Below are positions 48,248 through 60,023 of a stretch of 64,000 nucleotides of DNA, piece by piece. The DNA comes from an uncultured Actinomycetota bacterium. Lineage in GTDB: Bacteria; Actinomycetota; Actinomycetes; Jiangellales; Jiangellaceae. Location of the stretch: the NCBI GenBank assembly GCA_963819885.1, contig CAWFXV010000003.1:4372-68371 (forward strand), in the 5' to 3' direction. The notes under the pieces were generated by a model. It had not been told where the DNA came from, made no database searches, and saw only the letters and a program-made list of their open reading frames with translations. Both the position numbers and the translations under genes were made by a program. Position 1 is the first letter of the stretch; every line of letters starts with the position of its first letter.

Positions 48248-48273
48248 CACCGCGTATGCCCTTGCCGGAATGG

Positions 48274-49650
48274 TCATTCCGGATTGGCCGGCGGCAGTAA
48301 AACGCCGGGGGAGAAGACGCAACCCGGGTCGAAGGCGTGCTTGATCGCCTGCATGGCGGCGATGTCCTCTGGGGACCGGGCGAGCGGCAGCCAGGCTCGT
48401 TTGGCCCGGCCGATCCCGTGCTCGGCGCTGATGCTGCCGCCATGCTCGATGACGAGCCGCAGCACGACGTCGGTTGCGTCCTCGGCCACTGCCTCCGGCA
48501 GGCCGAGCAGGTTGACATGCGAGTTGCCTTCGGCGAGGTGCCCGTAGGTGACGACTTGAGCCGTCGGGAACCTGGCCGACAGGACGGCACGCAACTCCGA
48601 CTCGAAAGCCGCGTGCCGCCTCGGCGGCACCGACACGTCGATTTTCAGCGCCGGCCAGCCGGTCGACGACGCCGCGGCGCCGACCGCCTCGGTGTGACCC
48701 TCGCGATAGGCCCACAGTCGTCCACCCGGACCGGTCTCGATCGTCGCGTCGGCGACTCGGGCGCCCTGCCGCTCCAGCAGGTCGGCGACCTCGGCGTCGC
48801 TGGTGCGGGACAGCTCCAGCAGCACATAGGCCGGGTAGTCCTCAGCAAACGGTGGGCGGAGTCCGAGCGCCTGTCGAACCAGGCCCAGACCGTCGGCATG
48901 GAAGAACTCGGCAGCCTCGACCGTGACTCCGGCGCGGATGACACCCCCGAGGACATCTGCGGCCGCCGCCAGGGACGCGACCGCGACCAGTGCTACCTGG
49001 ACACCCAGCGGTGGCGGTACCAGCCGCATCAGCACTGTGGTGATCACGGCCAGCGTGCCCTCACTGCCGGCGAGCAGGCCAACCAGGTCATAGCCGACGT
49101 TGTCCTTGGCCAGGCCGGTCCACCGGCGCAACACGGATCCGTCCGCGAGCACCGCCTCGACGCCGAGCAGCTGGGCCCGCGTGGTGCCGTGCCGAACTAC
49201 CCGCAACCCACCGGCGTTGGTTGCGACGACCCCGCCCAACGTCGCCGACTCTCGTGACGCGAGATCGATGCCCAGCGTCAAGCCGCCGTCGGCGGCCGCA
49301 CGCCGAGCGGCGGCTACCGTCACCCCCGCCTGAGCACTCAACGTCAGGCCGATCGGGTCGACCGATTCGATGGTGTTCAGCCGGCGCAGGCTCAGGACGA
49401 CCTCTCCGTTGGCTGGGACCGACGCTCCCACCAGGCCGGTGTTACCGCCCTGCGGAACCAACGAGATCTCGGCCGTTGCGCAGGCGCGAACGACGTCGGC
49501 CACCTCGGCGGTCGAAGCCGGCCGGACGACCGCAAACGTTCGGCCCTCCCATCGGCCGGTCCAGTCCGTGCGGTAACCAAGAGTCAGCGCATCGTCGGTC
49601 AGTACGTGCTCTTGGCCGACGATGGCCGAGAGCCGGTCCAGCAGGGCCAC
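48274..49650 (-). CDS. FAD-linked oxidase (GlcD / D-lactate dehydrogenase family)
   Basis: VVRPASTAEVADVVRACA...LVPQGGNTGLVGASVP, NVGYDLVGLLAGSEGTLAVIT, C-terminal GGSISAEHGIGRAK. GTG 49650 is preferred; ATG 49707 is an alternative. The 49809 start would run into the clpB promoter. Confidence 0.85.
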   Translation of the reverse strand: MALLDRLSAIVGQEHVLTDDALTLGYRTDWTGRWEGRTFAVVRPASTAEVADVVRACATAEISLVPQGGNTGLVGASVPANGEVVLSLRRLNTIESVDPIGLTLSAQAGVTVAAARRAAADGGLTLGIDLASRESATLGGVVATNAGGLRVVRHGTTRAQLLGVEAVLADGSVLRRWTGLAKDNVGYDLVGLLAGSEGTLAVITTVLMRLVPPPLGVQVALVAVASLAAAADVLGGVIRAGVTVEAAEFFHADGLGLVRQALGLRPPFAEDYPAYVLLELSRTSDAEVADLLERQGARVADATIETGPGGRLWAYREGHTEAVGAAASSTGWPALKIDVSVPPRRHAAFESELRAVLSARFPTAQVVTYGHLAEGNSHVNLLGLPEAVAEDATDVVLRLVIEHGGSISAEHGIGRAKRAWLPLARSPEDIAAMQAIKHAFDPGCVFSPGVLLPPANPE

Positions 49651-49761
49651 CGGCCCACCCTGGCACGGCCACCCAGCTGTCGTCCTGGCTGAACAGATCC
49701 ATGTCATGAGGCCGACCCGCCCATGTATTCGCGGAGATATCCAGCCAGGTCCGGAAGTAGA

Positions 49762-49782
49762 GTTGAGCGGAACAGGCTCAAG
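49762..49782. promoter_or_regulatory. HspR operator (HAIR) upstream of clpB
   Basis: gTTGAGC-ggaacag-GCTCAAg is a perfect dyad of HAIR type, 53 nt upstream of the clpB ATG. Confidence 0.75.
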
Positions 49783-49834
49783 TTTGCGATGGTTGTGGTA
49801 TGTAGACATTGAGAACCATCACCACTGGAGAGCG

Positions 49835-52474
49835 ATGAACGACCAGCTGACGACCAAGGCCCAAGAGGCGTTGTCCGTCGCGGTGCGAAGTGCTGCGACA
49901 GCAGGCCACTCGGCCGTCGAACCTGTGCACCTCATGAAGGCGCTGCTCGCTCAATCCGACGGGCTGACTGGCCCCCTGCTCGAGGCCGCCGGCGCCGATG
50001 TTGCCGACGTTCGAACCGAGGTCGACGCAGTCGCGGCTGCGCTTCCGTCGGCGTCTGGATCCACGGTGTCAGCACCGGGCCTGGCCCGGCAGACCTACGC
50101 CGTCCTCTCCCACGCCGGAGAGGTCGCCCGGGAGCTCGAGGACGAGTACGTGTCGACCGAGCACTTGCTGGTCGGGCTAGCGCACGTCGAGTCGCCGATT
50201 CGCCAGCTGCTGAACCGCCACGGCGTCACTGCCGAGCGGTTGCGCGCTGCGTTCACTCAGGTCCGCGGCAGCGCGCGGGTCACCAGCCCCGACCCGGAGG
50301 GCACCTACGATGCGCTGAACAAGTACGGAATCGACCTCACCGAGCGGGCTCGCGAGGGCAAGATCGACCCGGTCATCGGCCGGGACGCCGAGATCCGTCG
50401 GGTCATCCAGGTCTTGTCGAGGCGCACCAAGAACAACCCGGTTCTCATCGGCGAGCCGGGCGTCGGTAAGACCGCAGTCGTCGAGGGACTGGCCCAGCGG
50501 ATCGTGGCCGGCGACGTACCGGAGTCCCTGCGCGGCAAACGGTTGGTGGCGCTCGACCTCGGCGCCATGCTGGCCGGTGCGAAGTACCGCGGCGAGTTCG
50601 AGGAGCGACTCAAGGCCGTCCTGGACGAGATCAGGGCCAGCGAGGGCCAGGTCGTCACGTTCATCGACGAGCTGCACACCGTCGTCGGCGCCGGTGCTAC
50701 CGGCGAATCGACCATCGACGCGGGCAACATGCTCAAGCCGATGCTTGCCCGCGGTGAGCTGCGCATGGTCGGCGCGACCACGCTGGACGAGTACCGCGAA
50801 CGGATCGAGAAGGACGCGGCTCTGGAGCGCCGGTTCCAGCAAGTGTTCGTTGGCGAGCCGAGTGTCGAGGACACCATCGCGATCCTGCGTGGCCTGAGGG
50901 AACGCTACGAGGCGCACCACAAGGTGCAGATCTCCGACGCTGCCTTGGTCGCCGCGGCGACCCTGTCGCACCGGTACATCACCGGCCGCCAGCTGCCGGA
51001 CAAGGCCATCGACTTGGTCGACGAGGCTGCCTCCCGGCTGCGGATGGAGATCGACTCCAGCCCGGTCGAGATCGACTCGCTGCGGCGTGCCGTCGACCGG
51101 ATGAAGATGGAGGAGCTCGCGCTCGAGAAAGAGGTGGAGCGGCGAGGCGACGAGCGACGGAGGAGCGAGGAACCGAGCGCGACCAGCAGCGCAGTCGAGG
51201 CCTCCAAGGACCGGCTGACCAAGCTGCAGGCCGAGCTGGCCGACGCCGAGGAGGCGTTGCGCGGGCTCGAGGCGCGCTGGGAGCAGGAGAAGTCCAGCCT
51301 CAACCGGGTCGGCGCGCTGAAGGAACAGCTCGACGAGCTACGTGGCCAGGCCGAGCGGGCCCAGCGTGACGGGGACCTGGCCGGGGCAAGCGAGATCCTC
51401 TACGGCCGGATCCCAGAGTTGGAGAAGGAGCTCGCGGCCGCGGCGGAGGCGGAAACTCCGATCGCGGATCCGATGGTCAAGGAGGAGGTCGGGCCCGACG
51501 ACATCGCCGACGTGGTGTCGGCGTGGACCGGCATCCCGGCTGGCCGGCTGCTCGAAGGCGAGACCGGAAAGCTGCTGCGGATGGACGACGAGCTCGGCCG
51601 CCGGGTGGTCGGACAGCAGGCTGCGGTGCGAGCCGTCGCCGATGCGGTCCGCCGCGCGCGGGCCGGGATCTCCGACCCCGACCGGCCGACCGGCTCGTTC
51701 CTGTTCCTCGGCCCCACCGGTGTCGGCAAGACCGAGCTGGCCAAGGCATTGGCCGGGTTCCTGTTCGACGACGAGCGGGCGATGGTCCGCATCGACATGA
51801 GCGAGTACGGCGAGAAGCACACGGTTGCTCGCCTGGTCGGTGCGCCGCCTGGGTACATCGGGTACGAGGAGGGCGGGCAGCTCACCGAAGCGGTGCGGCG
51901 TCGGCCGTACTCCGTCATCCTCCTGGACGAGATCGAGAAGGCGCATCCGGAGGTCTTCGACGTGCTCCTGCAGGTCCTCGACGACGGCCGGCTCACCGAC
52001 GGGCAGGGCCGCACGGTCGACTTCCGCAACGCGATCCTGATCCTGACCTCGAACCTGGGCTCGGTGTTTCTCGCCGACCCGACGCTCGACGACACCACCA
52101 AGCGGGACAAGGTGATGGAGGTCGTGCGGATTTCTTTCAAGCCGGAGTTCCTCAACCGGCTGGACGAGATCGTCCTCTTCGACGCGCTCGGTGCGGCCGA
52201 ACTAGCCAAGATCGTCGAGATTCAGGTGTCTCAGTTGGCGGCCCGGCTCGCCGACCGGCGGCTGACGCTGGAGGTCACCGACGCCGCGAAGGAATGGCTT
52301 GCGTTGACCGGCTACGACCCGGTGTATGGCGCTCGCCCGCTACGCCGGCTGGTCCAGTCCGCGATCGGCGACCAGCTGGCCAAGGCGATCCTGGCCGGCG
52401 ATATCCGTGACGGCGACACTGTCGTGGTCGATCTGGACGAGAGCAAAGATGCGCTGACCGTCAGCCGATCCTGA
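49835..52474 (+). CDS. clpB: ATP-dependent chaperone ClpB
   Basis: 879 aa from ATG 49835. Clp_N repeats, two Walker A boxes ([16 protein letters not shown]), and the long middle coiled coil typical of ClpB. Confidence 0.97.
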   Translation: MNDQLTTKAQEALSVAVRSAATAGHSAVEPVHLMKALLAQSDGLTGPLLEAAGADVADVRTEVDAVAAALPSASGSTVSAPGLARQTYAVLSHAGEVARELEDEYVSTEHLLVGLAHVESPIRQLLNRHGVTAERLRAAFTQVRGSARVTSPDPEGTYDALNKYGIDLTERAREGKIDPVIGRDAEIRRVIQVLSRRTKNNPVLIGEPGVGKTAVVEGLAQRIVAGDVPESLRGKRLVALDLGAMLAGAKYRGEFEERLKAVLDEIRASEGQVVTFIDELHTVVGAGATGESTIDAGNMLKPMLARGELRMVGATTLDEYRERIEKDAALERRFQQVFVGEPSVEDTIAILRGLRERYEAHHKVQISDAALVAAATLSHRYITGRQLPDKAIDLVDEAASRLRMEIDSSPVEIDSLRRAVDRMKMEELALEKEVERRGDERRRSEEPSATSSAVEASKDRLTKLQAELADAEEALRGLEARWEQEKSSLNRVGALKEQLDELRGQAERAQRDGDLAGASEILYGRIPELEKELAAAAEAETPIADPMVKEEVGPDDIADVVSAWTGIPAGRLLEGETGKLLRMDDELGRRVVGQQAAVRAVADAVRRARAGISDPDRPTGSFLFLGPTGVGKTELAKALAGFLFDDERAMVRIDMSEYGEKHTVARLVGAPPGYIGYEEGGQLTEAVRRRPYSVILLDEIEKAHPEVFDVLLQVLDDGRLTDGQGRTVDFRNAILILTSNLGSVFLADPTLDDTTKRDKVMEVVRISFKPEFLNRLDEIVLFDALGAAELAKIVEIQVSQLAARLADRRLTLEVTDAAKEWLALTGYDPVYGARPLRRLVQSAIGDQLAKAILAGDIRDGDTVVVDLDESKDALTVSRS

Positions 52475-52503
52475 TTCGTCGCACCGTCACGTAGGGTCGC
52501 ACG

Positions 52504-53304
52504 GTGGGAACTGCGGTGGTGACCGGTGCGACGTCGGGGATCGGCCTCGCCTTCGCCCGGCAGCTCGCCGCCGCAGGTCACGACCTGGTGCTGGTCGCGC
52601 GCGACGTCGAACGGCTGGAGAAGCTCGCTGCCGGACTGCGGTACCGGCACGGGGTGGATGCCGAGGTCGTGCCGGCCGACCTGTCGACCGTGTCCGGCAC
52701 CGCTCTGATCGAGAGACGACTGCGCGACGACGACCGCCCCGTCGACGTGCTCGTCAACAACGCCGGCTTCAGCATGCGTCGACCATTCCTCGCCAACGAC
52801 ATCGCCGACGAGCAGCGGTTGCTCGATGTGCTGGTGCGGGCCGTGCTGCGGCTGACGCTCGCTGCCCTGCCTGGCATGGTGGAGCGGGGCAGCGGAGCCG
52901 TCGTCAACGTGTCGTCCATTGCGGGCTTTGTGCCGCGCGGGACTTACAGCGCCGCAAAGGCCTTTGTCACGACGTTCACCGAGGGGGTAGCCGGCAGGCT
53001 CACCGGAACCGGAGTTCGGGCCATGGTCTTGATTCCGGGTTTCGTGCGGACCGAGTTGCACGATCGCGCCGGGATCGACATGTCGGCGCTGCCGTCCTAC
53101 CTCTGGCTCGACGCCGACGACCTGGTACGGGCTGCACTGCGGGATCTGGCGCGCGGGAAGACCGTGTCCGTTCCTGGAGTCTTCTACAAGGCGTTTGCCA
53201 CCGTCATGCCCCGGCTGCCGCGGCGTGCGGTGGTCGCCGCGGGCCGCCGGTATCCGGGTCGCCGTCGTGAGGTCCCTCGCCGTGAGCGCGCCAGCTCTGG
53301 CTAA
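52504..53304 (+). CDS. SDR-family oxidoreductase
   Basis: TGATSGIGLAFA (TGxxxGxG), NNAG, catalytic S...YSAAK. Confidence 0.88.
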   Translation: MGTAVVTGATSGIGLAFARQLAAAGHDLVLVARDVERLEKLAAGLRYRHGVDAEVVPADLSTVSGTALIERRLRDDDRPVDVLVNNAGFSMRRPFLANDIADEQRLLDVLVRAVLRLTLAALPGMVERGSGAVVNVSSIAGFVPRGTYSAAKAFVTTFTEGVAGRLTGTGVRAMVLIPGFVRTELHDRAGIDMSALPSYLWLDADDLVRAALRDLARGKTVSVPGVFYKAFATVMPRLPRRAVVAAGRRYPGRRREVPRRERASSG

Positions 53305-53435
53305 TCGACTGGCATGGAGACACGCGCGTCCTGGCTGGATAGATCCGCGTATTGAGCCGCCAACGCGCCGCGTAACGCGGAGTTATCCAGCGAGGACGGA
53401 TTGGGTGGACGTGTCACGTCGTACGCTCACTGACC

Positions 53436-53978
53436 GTGAGTGTCCAGGAGGAATTGCGCCGCCTGATTGCGGAGAAGGCGGTGTTCCACGGCCGGGTGGT
53501 CTTGTCCTCTGGCAGGGAAGCGGACCACTACGTCGACCTGCGGCGCATCACACTCGACGGCCGAGCCGCGCCGTTGGTCGGTCAGGTCATGCTGGACCTC
53601 ACGGCGGACCTGAGTTTCCAGGCGGTCGGGGGGCTGACGCTGGGCGCTGACCCTGTGGCCGCGGCCATGCTGCACGTGTCCGCTACGCAGGGCCGAAACC
53701 TGGATGCATTCGTCGTCCGCAAGAGCGAGAAGGCGCACGGGCTACAGCGCAGGATCGAAGGACCTGACGTGGACGGTCGCCGCGTGCTTGCCGTCGAGGA
53801 CACGTCCACGACCGGGGCAAGCGTGCTCGCCGCCGTCGAGGCGCTGCATGCCCAGGGTGCTGAGGTCGTCGCCGTCGCAGTGATCGTCGACAACGCCACT
53901 GGTGCCCGGGAGCGCATCGAGGAGGCCGGTCTCGAGTACCGGGCGGCGTACGGCCTGGCCGATCTCGGCCTCATGTGA
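53436..53978 (+). CDS. pyrE: orotate phosphoribosyltransferase
   Basis: 180 aa. SGREADHYVDLR, PRPP-binding loop VLAVEDTSTTGASVL. Confidence 0.92.
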   Translation: MSVQEELRRLIAEKAVFHGRVVLSSGREADHYVDLRRITLDGRAAPLVGQVMLDLTADLSFQAVGGLTLGADPVAAAMLHVSATQGRNLDAFVVRKSEKAHGLQRRIEGPDVDGRRVLAVEDTSTTGASVLAAVEALHAQGAEVVAVAVIVDNATGARERIEEAGLEYRAAYGLADLGLM

Positions 53979-53993
53979 CGTTCGGCTACTGCG

Positions 53994-54512
53994 ATGGCGT
54001 GGGTCGGAGTTGTGGTCGTCGTGCTTGCGTCGATCGTCGTCGCAGGTCTGCTGGTCATGCGGCTGCGTTCCGTGCAAGCCGCAGTTGATGACTCGTGGCA
54101 GCAGGTGCTGCTGGCACTGCGCAGCCGGCGGGGCCTCGCCGCCGAGTTGGCCGATGCCATTCGCGTTGCATCGGGAGGTGAGATCGACCTGGTGGACCGC
54201 ATACGCGATGCCAACGAAGTCGCCGACTTGCCCGGCGCCTTACCCGACGGGCCGTCGATGGCCGAGCAAGACTTCGAGGTGGCGCTGACTGAACTGACCG
54301 ATGCCGTCGAAACGTCGCCGGCGCTCATTGCGGACTCGCACGTCACGGCACTGCGGACGCGGCTAGGCGATGCCGACCGCCGGGTCGATGCGCGCCGCGC
54401 GGTCTACGAGCACAGCGCGGCGGCTTTGCGGCGACGCACGGATTCGTTTCCCGACCAATGGGTCGCCCGCGCCCTTGGCATCGATGCGTTTTCGTCCGGC
54501 CGCGAGGAGTAG
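53994..54512 (+). CDS. LemA-like single-pass membrane protein
   Basis: N-terminal TM helix (WVGVVVVVLASIVVAGLLV) followed by helical repeats whose layout resembles LemA (…SWQQVLLALRSRRGL…, …RRAVYEHSAAALRRR…). The assignment is weak. Confidence 0.5.
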   Translation: MAWVGVVVVVLASIVVAGLLVMRLRSVQAAVDDSWQQVLLALRSRRGLAAELADAIRVASGGEIDLVDRIRDANEVADLPGALPDGPSMAEQDFEVALTELTDAVETSPALIADSHVTALRTRLGDADRRVDARRAVYEHSAAALRRRTDSFPDQWVARALGIDAFSSGREE

Positions 54513-54546
54513 CCGCCGGACGACTTGTCGGGCATGCTCGGCTGCC

Positions 54547-55173
54547 GTGGACGACGAGGCCACTCCTGGTGTCGGTCCCTGGGTAGGCCCGCCGCCCGAT
54601 GACACCCGGCTCGACCCGGATCTGCTGATCAATGGCGATCGGCGCAACGTCGCTGACCGGTACCGCTACTGGCGGCTCGACGCGATCGTTGCCGACCTCG
54701 ACACCCAGCGACACCCGTTCCATGTCGCGATCGAGAACTGGCAACACGACCTGAACATCGGGTCGGTGGTCCGCACGGCGAATGCGTTCCTGGCATCAGC
54801 AGTTCACATCGTCGGCCGGCGCCGCTGGAACCGCCGGGGGGCGATGGTCACCGACCGCTACCAGCACGTCGTCCATCACCCGGACGTCGACGCCTTGCTG
54901 GCGTGGGCCCACGAGCGCGAGCTGAGCGTGTTGGCGGTCGACAATCTGCCCGGCGCGGTGCCGATCGAGACCTACGATCTACCGGACGGCTGCATGTTCC
55001 TGTTCGGCCAGGAAGGGTCCGGGCTATCGGCCCCAGCCCGCGAAGGCGCCGACACGGTTCTGTCCATTGCCCAGTTCGGGTCGACCCGATCGATCAACGC
55101 CGGGGCAGCCGCAGCGATCGCTATGCATGCGTGGGTGCGCCGCCACCGCTTCGGCCAGCTCCCTTCTCCGTGA
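54547..55173 (+). CDS. TrmH/SpoU-family RNA 2'-O-methyltransferase
   Basis: NIGSVVRTANAF, LFGQEGSGLS, IAQFGSTRSINAGAAAAIAMH (SPOUT knot motifs). GTG 54547 is the first in-frame start after the upstream gene ends. Confidence 0.8.
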   Translation: MDDEATPGVGPWVGPPPDDTRLDPDLLINGDRRNVADRYRYWRLDAIVADLDTQRHPFHVAIENWQHDLNIGSVVRTANAFLASAVHIVGRRRWNRRGAMVTDRYQHVVHHPDVDALLAWAHERELSVLAVDNLPGAVPIETYDLPDGCMFLFGQEGSGLSAPAREGADTVLSIAQFGSTRSINAGAAAAIAMHAWVRRHRFGQLPSP

Positions 55174-55209
55174 TCAGAGAACGGCGAGTTGCTGTGCCAA
55201 GGTGAGCGA

Positions 55210-56577
55210 ATGAGCGAACGCGTGGTCGTGATCGGCGGCGACGCCGGCGGGATGAGTGCGGCGTCCCAAGCGCTGCGGACGGCGAAAAAACACGGGCGGA
55301 CGCTGGACATCGTGGTGCTCGAACGCGGCCACTGGACCTCGTACTCCGCGTGTGGAATCCCGTACTGGGCGGCGGGCACCGTCGACGGCCCGGACGAACT
55401 CGTCGCCCGAACGCCGGAGGAACACCGGAGGAGGGGAGTGGATGTCCGCATGCGGACCGAGGCGGTGCGGATCGACCTTGGCCGGCGCGCCGTCGAGTTC
55501 GTCGACCGGGAGGACGAAAGGCACGGGTCGGTGGAGTTCGACCACCTTGTGGTCGCCACGGGCGCCGACCCCATCCGACCGGACGTTCCCGGCATCGACA
55601 GCAGCGGCATCCACGGTGTGCAGACACTCGACGACGGCGCGGCCTTGCTCGACCGGTTGGCGAAGGATGACCCGAAGCGGGCAGTGATCATCGGCGGCGG
55701 ATACATCGGGATCGAGATGGCCGAGGCCATGGTTCGGCGCGGCCTGGACGTGACGGTCATCGACAAGGCGGCCGAGCCCATGTCCTCGCTGGACCCGGAC
55801 CTCGGCCGCCAGGTGCACGAGGCCATGGAGGCCATGGGCATCGAGGTGGAGACCGACACGCCGGTCGAAGGCTTCGAGGCAGGAGACGACGGCTCGGTTC
55901 AGGCGGTGGTCGCGGGCGGACGCAGTTTTCCCGCCGACATCGTGGTGCTCGGCATCGGCGTCAACCCGGCCACATCACTGGCCGAGGACGCCGGCCTGCC
56001 GATCGGTGAACATGGCGGGCTGCGCGTCGATGACCGGATGCGGGTGGAGGGATACGACGGCATCTGGGCCGCCGGCGACTGCGTCGAGACCTTCGACCGG
56101 GTCGCTCGCGCGCCGGTATATGTCCCACTGGGAACGCACGCCAACAAGCAGGGCCGGGTTCTCGGCACGAACGTGGCCGGCGGCGATGCCATCTTTCCCG
56201 GCGTGGTTCGCACGGCCATCAGCAAGGTCTGTGACCTCGAGGTGGCGCGTACGGGGATGCGGGAAAAGGACGCTCAACGCGCCAGCCTGGACTACATCAC
56301 GGCGACCACCGAGTCGACGACCCGGGCCGGCTATTTTCCGGGAGCCGAGCCGATGACGGTGAAGGTCCTGGCGGAGAACCAAAATGGCCGGCTGCTCGGC
56401 GCACAGATCGTCGGCCGGAAGGGCTCGGCCAAGCGGATCGATGTCTTCGCTCTGGCCCTGTGGACTGAGCTGACTGTTGGCGAGCTTGCTCAGGTCGACC
56501 TGTCGTATGCCCCGCCCTTCTCGCCGGTCTGGGATCCGGTGCTCATCGCCGCCCGCAGGGCCGCCGAGCTGCTCTGA
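55210..56577 (+). CDS. FAD-dependent pyridine nucleotide-disulfide oxidoreductase (CoA-disulfide reductase / NADH oxidase type)
   Basis: VVVIGGDAGG, single redox Cys in SACGIPY, second Rossmann motif IIGGGYIGIEMAE, C-terminal dimerisation domain. Confidence 0.85.
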   Translation: MSERVVVIGGDAGGMSAASQALRTAKKHGRTLDIVVLERGHWTSYSACGIPYWAAGTVDGPDELVARTPEEHRRRGVDVRMRTEAVRIDLGRRAVEFVDREDERHGSVEFDHLVVATGADPIRPDVPGIDSSGIHGVQTLDDGAALLDRLAKDDPKRAVIIGGGYIGIEMAEAMVRRGLDVTVIDKAAEPMSSLDPDLGRQVHEAMEAMGIEVETDTPVEGFEAGDDGSVQAVVAGGRSFPADIVVLGIGVNPATSLAEDAGLPIGEHGGLRVDDRMRVEGYDGIWAAGDCVETFDRVARAPVYVPLGTHANKQGRVLGTNVAGGDAIFPGVVRTAISKVCDLEVARTGMREKDAQRASLDYITATTESTTRAGYFPGAEPMTVKVLAENQNGRLLGAQIVGRKGSAKRIDVFALALWTELTVGELAQVDLSYAPPFSPVWDPVLIAARRAAELL

Positions 56578-56631
56578 TCAGGCCGACGTTGCAGCCGCTA
56601 GGCGGACTGGGACGGTTCCTTCATCCCGGTT

Positions 56632-56697
56632 GTGAAGATCGTTGTGATGCGTATCGGCACGATCAGGCGTGGGGGACTGGATCACGACGATCTTCAC
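56632..56697. repeat. long inverted repeat (17-bp arms, 16/17 complementary, 32-nt loop) between convergent genes
   Basis: GTGAAGATCGTTGTGAT (56632..56648) pairs with ATCACGACGATCTTCAC (56681..56697). The single mismatch would be a G-U pair in RNA. Confidence 0.8.
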
Positions 56698-56745
56698 GAC
56701 GGCGGATGGTGCCGAACGCTGGAGAACTGGAGAAGCTCTGCAGGC

Positions 56746-57216
56746 TCACCGCACCCAGGTGAACAGGGGATCGCCTGCGGCAAGGGCGCCCGACTCCCGC
56801 ACACCCGACAACGCCGACGGCGGCGCGTCGAGGGCGACCACGGGACAGACGGCGGATCGGCCGCCGGCCTCGACCTCGGCCGGATTCCAGGCGACCACGG
56901 CCTCACCCGATGCGATTTCGACACCCTCGGCCACGAGCAGATCGAAGCCCTCGCCTGCCAGTTGGATGGTGTCGATGCCGAGATGGACGAGTACGCCGGC
57001 GCCGTCGGCGGTTTGTACGACGTAGGCGTGCGGATGGAGCTTGACGAGCTTCCCGGCGACCGGCGACACCGCGACCACCTGACCGACGCGAGCCGGATCG
57101 ATTGCCGCCCCGGGACCGACGAGCGCGGCGGCGAATACCGGATCCGGTACCTCCCGCAGCGGCAGGGCCCGGCCGCCGACCGGTGCAAGCACCACCGTGA
57201 CTGGGCGCGAGGTCAC
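56746..57216 (-). CDS. crr: PTS glucose-family EIIA component
   Basis: 156 aa. VPDPVFA..., phospho-His region GVLVHLGIDTIQL. Confidence 0.9.
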   Translation of the reverse strand: MTSRPVTVVLAPVGGRALPLREVPDPVFAAALVGPGAAIDPARVGQVVAVSPVAGKLVKLHPHAYVVQTADGAGVLVHLGIDTIQLAGEGFDLLVAEGVEIASGEAVVAWNPAEVEAGGRSAVCPVVALDAPPSALSGVRESGALAAGDPLFTWVR

Positions 57217-57443
57217 ATCAAGTCGTCGATGTCGGACGCAATGGTGTCGGCTTGTGGCCCGACAACGACCTGAACAGCGCGCCCGGACCGAAGTACCCCG
57301 TGCGCGCCGGCTGCCTTCAGCGCATGCTCGTCGATCAGCCGCGGATCTTCGACCTCGGCCCGCAGGCGGGTAATGCAGGGCTCGATCAGGATGACGTTCT
57401 CAGCCCCGCCGAGAGCGGCGAGGATGTCCTCGGCGATACTCAT
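57213..57443 (-). CDS. PTS glucose/GlcNAc-family EIIB component
   Basis: 76 aa. Active-site Cys in NVILIEPCITRLR. 4-nt overlap with EIIA. Confidence 0.88.
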   Translation of the reverse strand: MSIAEDILAALGGAENVILIEPCITRLRAEVEDPRLIDEHALKAAGAHGVLRSGRAVQVVVGPQADTIASDIDDLM

Positions 57444-57457
57444 CGTCCTCCTTTGAA

Positions 57458-58516
57458 TCAGCCTGCGTCGGCCGGGTCGGTCTGAGTGATCTTGGACAAT
57501 CCGCGAGGCGCGTCGGGGTCGAGCCCGAGCCTACGGGCCAGCCCCTCGGCGACGAGCTGAGCCGGTACAACCAGCGCCAGCGGCGCGACCAGCTCGGGCA
57601 GGTCCGGACCCGCAAGTGCGACATCGCACGCTGCAGCGAACGTTGCATCCCCGCCGATCCCGATGGTCGCCGCCACACCTCGGGAACGCAGGTCATCGGC
57701 CAGGTCGGTCATGCCCTCGACGATCGGCCCGTCGGCCGCGGACACGAGCACGGCCACGTGGTCGGCGTCGACAACGGCAATCGGGCCGTGCCGCAGATCG
57801 GCATAGGACAGGCCACGCACCGGCCGAAGGCAGGTCTCCTCGAGCTTGAGTGCAGTCTCCAGGGCGGTACCGAACACGATGCCGCGGCCGCTGACCAGCG
57901 TTTCGATGCTCGGCGCAAGTCGATCAACCGCCTCCTCGACACCTGCGCGGGCCCGGACCAACCGCTCGACCTCGCCCGGAACTCGGTCGAGGTGGCGATC
58001 CAGGGCCGTCTGATCCTTGGCCAGCGCACCCGCCAGCACCGCCATCGCGGCGAGCTGCGTGGTGTACGACTTCGTGGCCGGGACGGCGAGTTCAGGTCCA
58101 GCCTGGGTGATCAAGGCGACGTCGGCCGCGGTCGCCAACGCGCTTCCGTCACCGTTCGTGACCGCGACAGTCCGTGCGCCGCAGCGCCTGGCCCACTCGA
58201 GGGTGTCCACGATCTCCTCGGTTTCACCCGACTGCGACACGCACACGACGACGGCGTATGACAGGTCGAGCGTCGCCTCGTAGTGCGTTGCGACGCTCGG
58301 TGCCGCGAGCCCGGCTGGGTGCCCAGAGTGGACCTCGATCAGGTATCGGCCATAGATGGCCGCGTTGTCCGACGACCCGCGGGCGACGAACAGCACGTTG
58401 CGCCCGCCGGCCGCGAGCGCGGCGATCTCACCTCGGAGCGGTCGCAGTGCGTCGAGGGTCCGGGAGATCGCCTCCGGTTGTTGGGCGATCTCGCGTGCCA
58501 TCATCGTCTCGCTCAC
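57458..58516 (-). CDS. tandem SIS-domain sugar-phosphate isomerase/deaminase (GlmS C-terminal-like, AgaS/NagB-II type)
   Basis: 352 aa. Two SIS repeats (VLFVARGSSDNAA..., VSQSGETEE). No glutaminase domain. Confidence 0.82.
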   Translation of the reverse strand: MSETMMAREIAQQPEAISRTLDALRPLRGEIAALAAGGRNVLFVARGSSDNAAIYGRYLIEVHSGHPAGLAAPSVATHYEATLDLSYAVVVCVSQSGETEEIVDTLEWARRCGARTVAVTNGDGSALATAADVALITQAGPELAVPATKSYTTQLAAMAVLAGALAKDQTALDRHLDRVPGEVERLVRARAGVEEAVDRLAPSIETLVSGRGIVFGTALETALKLEETCLRPVRGLSYADLRHGPIAVVDADHVAVLVSAADGPIVEGMTDLADDLRSRGVAATIGIGGDATFAAACDVALAGPDLPELVAPLALVVPAQLVAEGLARRLGLDPDAPRGLSKITQTDPADAG

Positions 58517-58620
58517 GTCGCGGACCGTACCTCGTCGGCCAGATCGACCGGACGCGGCTGGACAGCCGGCTGGGTTGAGACACTGACCTGGATCAGCTCG
58601 GACCAGTCGGGAGGTTCCGC

Positions 58621-60018
<1,398 letters not shown>

Positions 60019-60023
60019 GGGCC

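Noticed and set aside
58517-58620. Possible DasR-responsive element (dre) between the SIS gene and EIIC (…ACTGACCTGGATCAGC…).
   Set aside because: Only about 10/16 matches to the ACTGGTCTAGACCACT consensus by eye, which is too weak to call without a scoring matrix.
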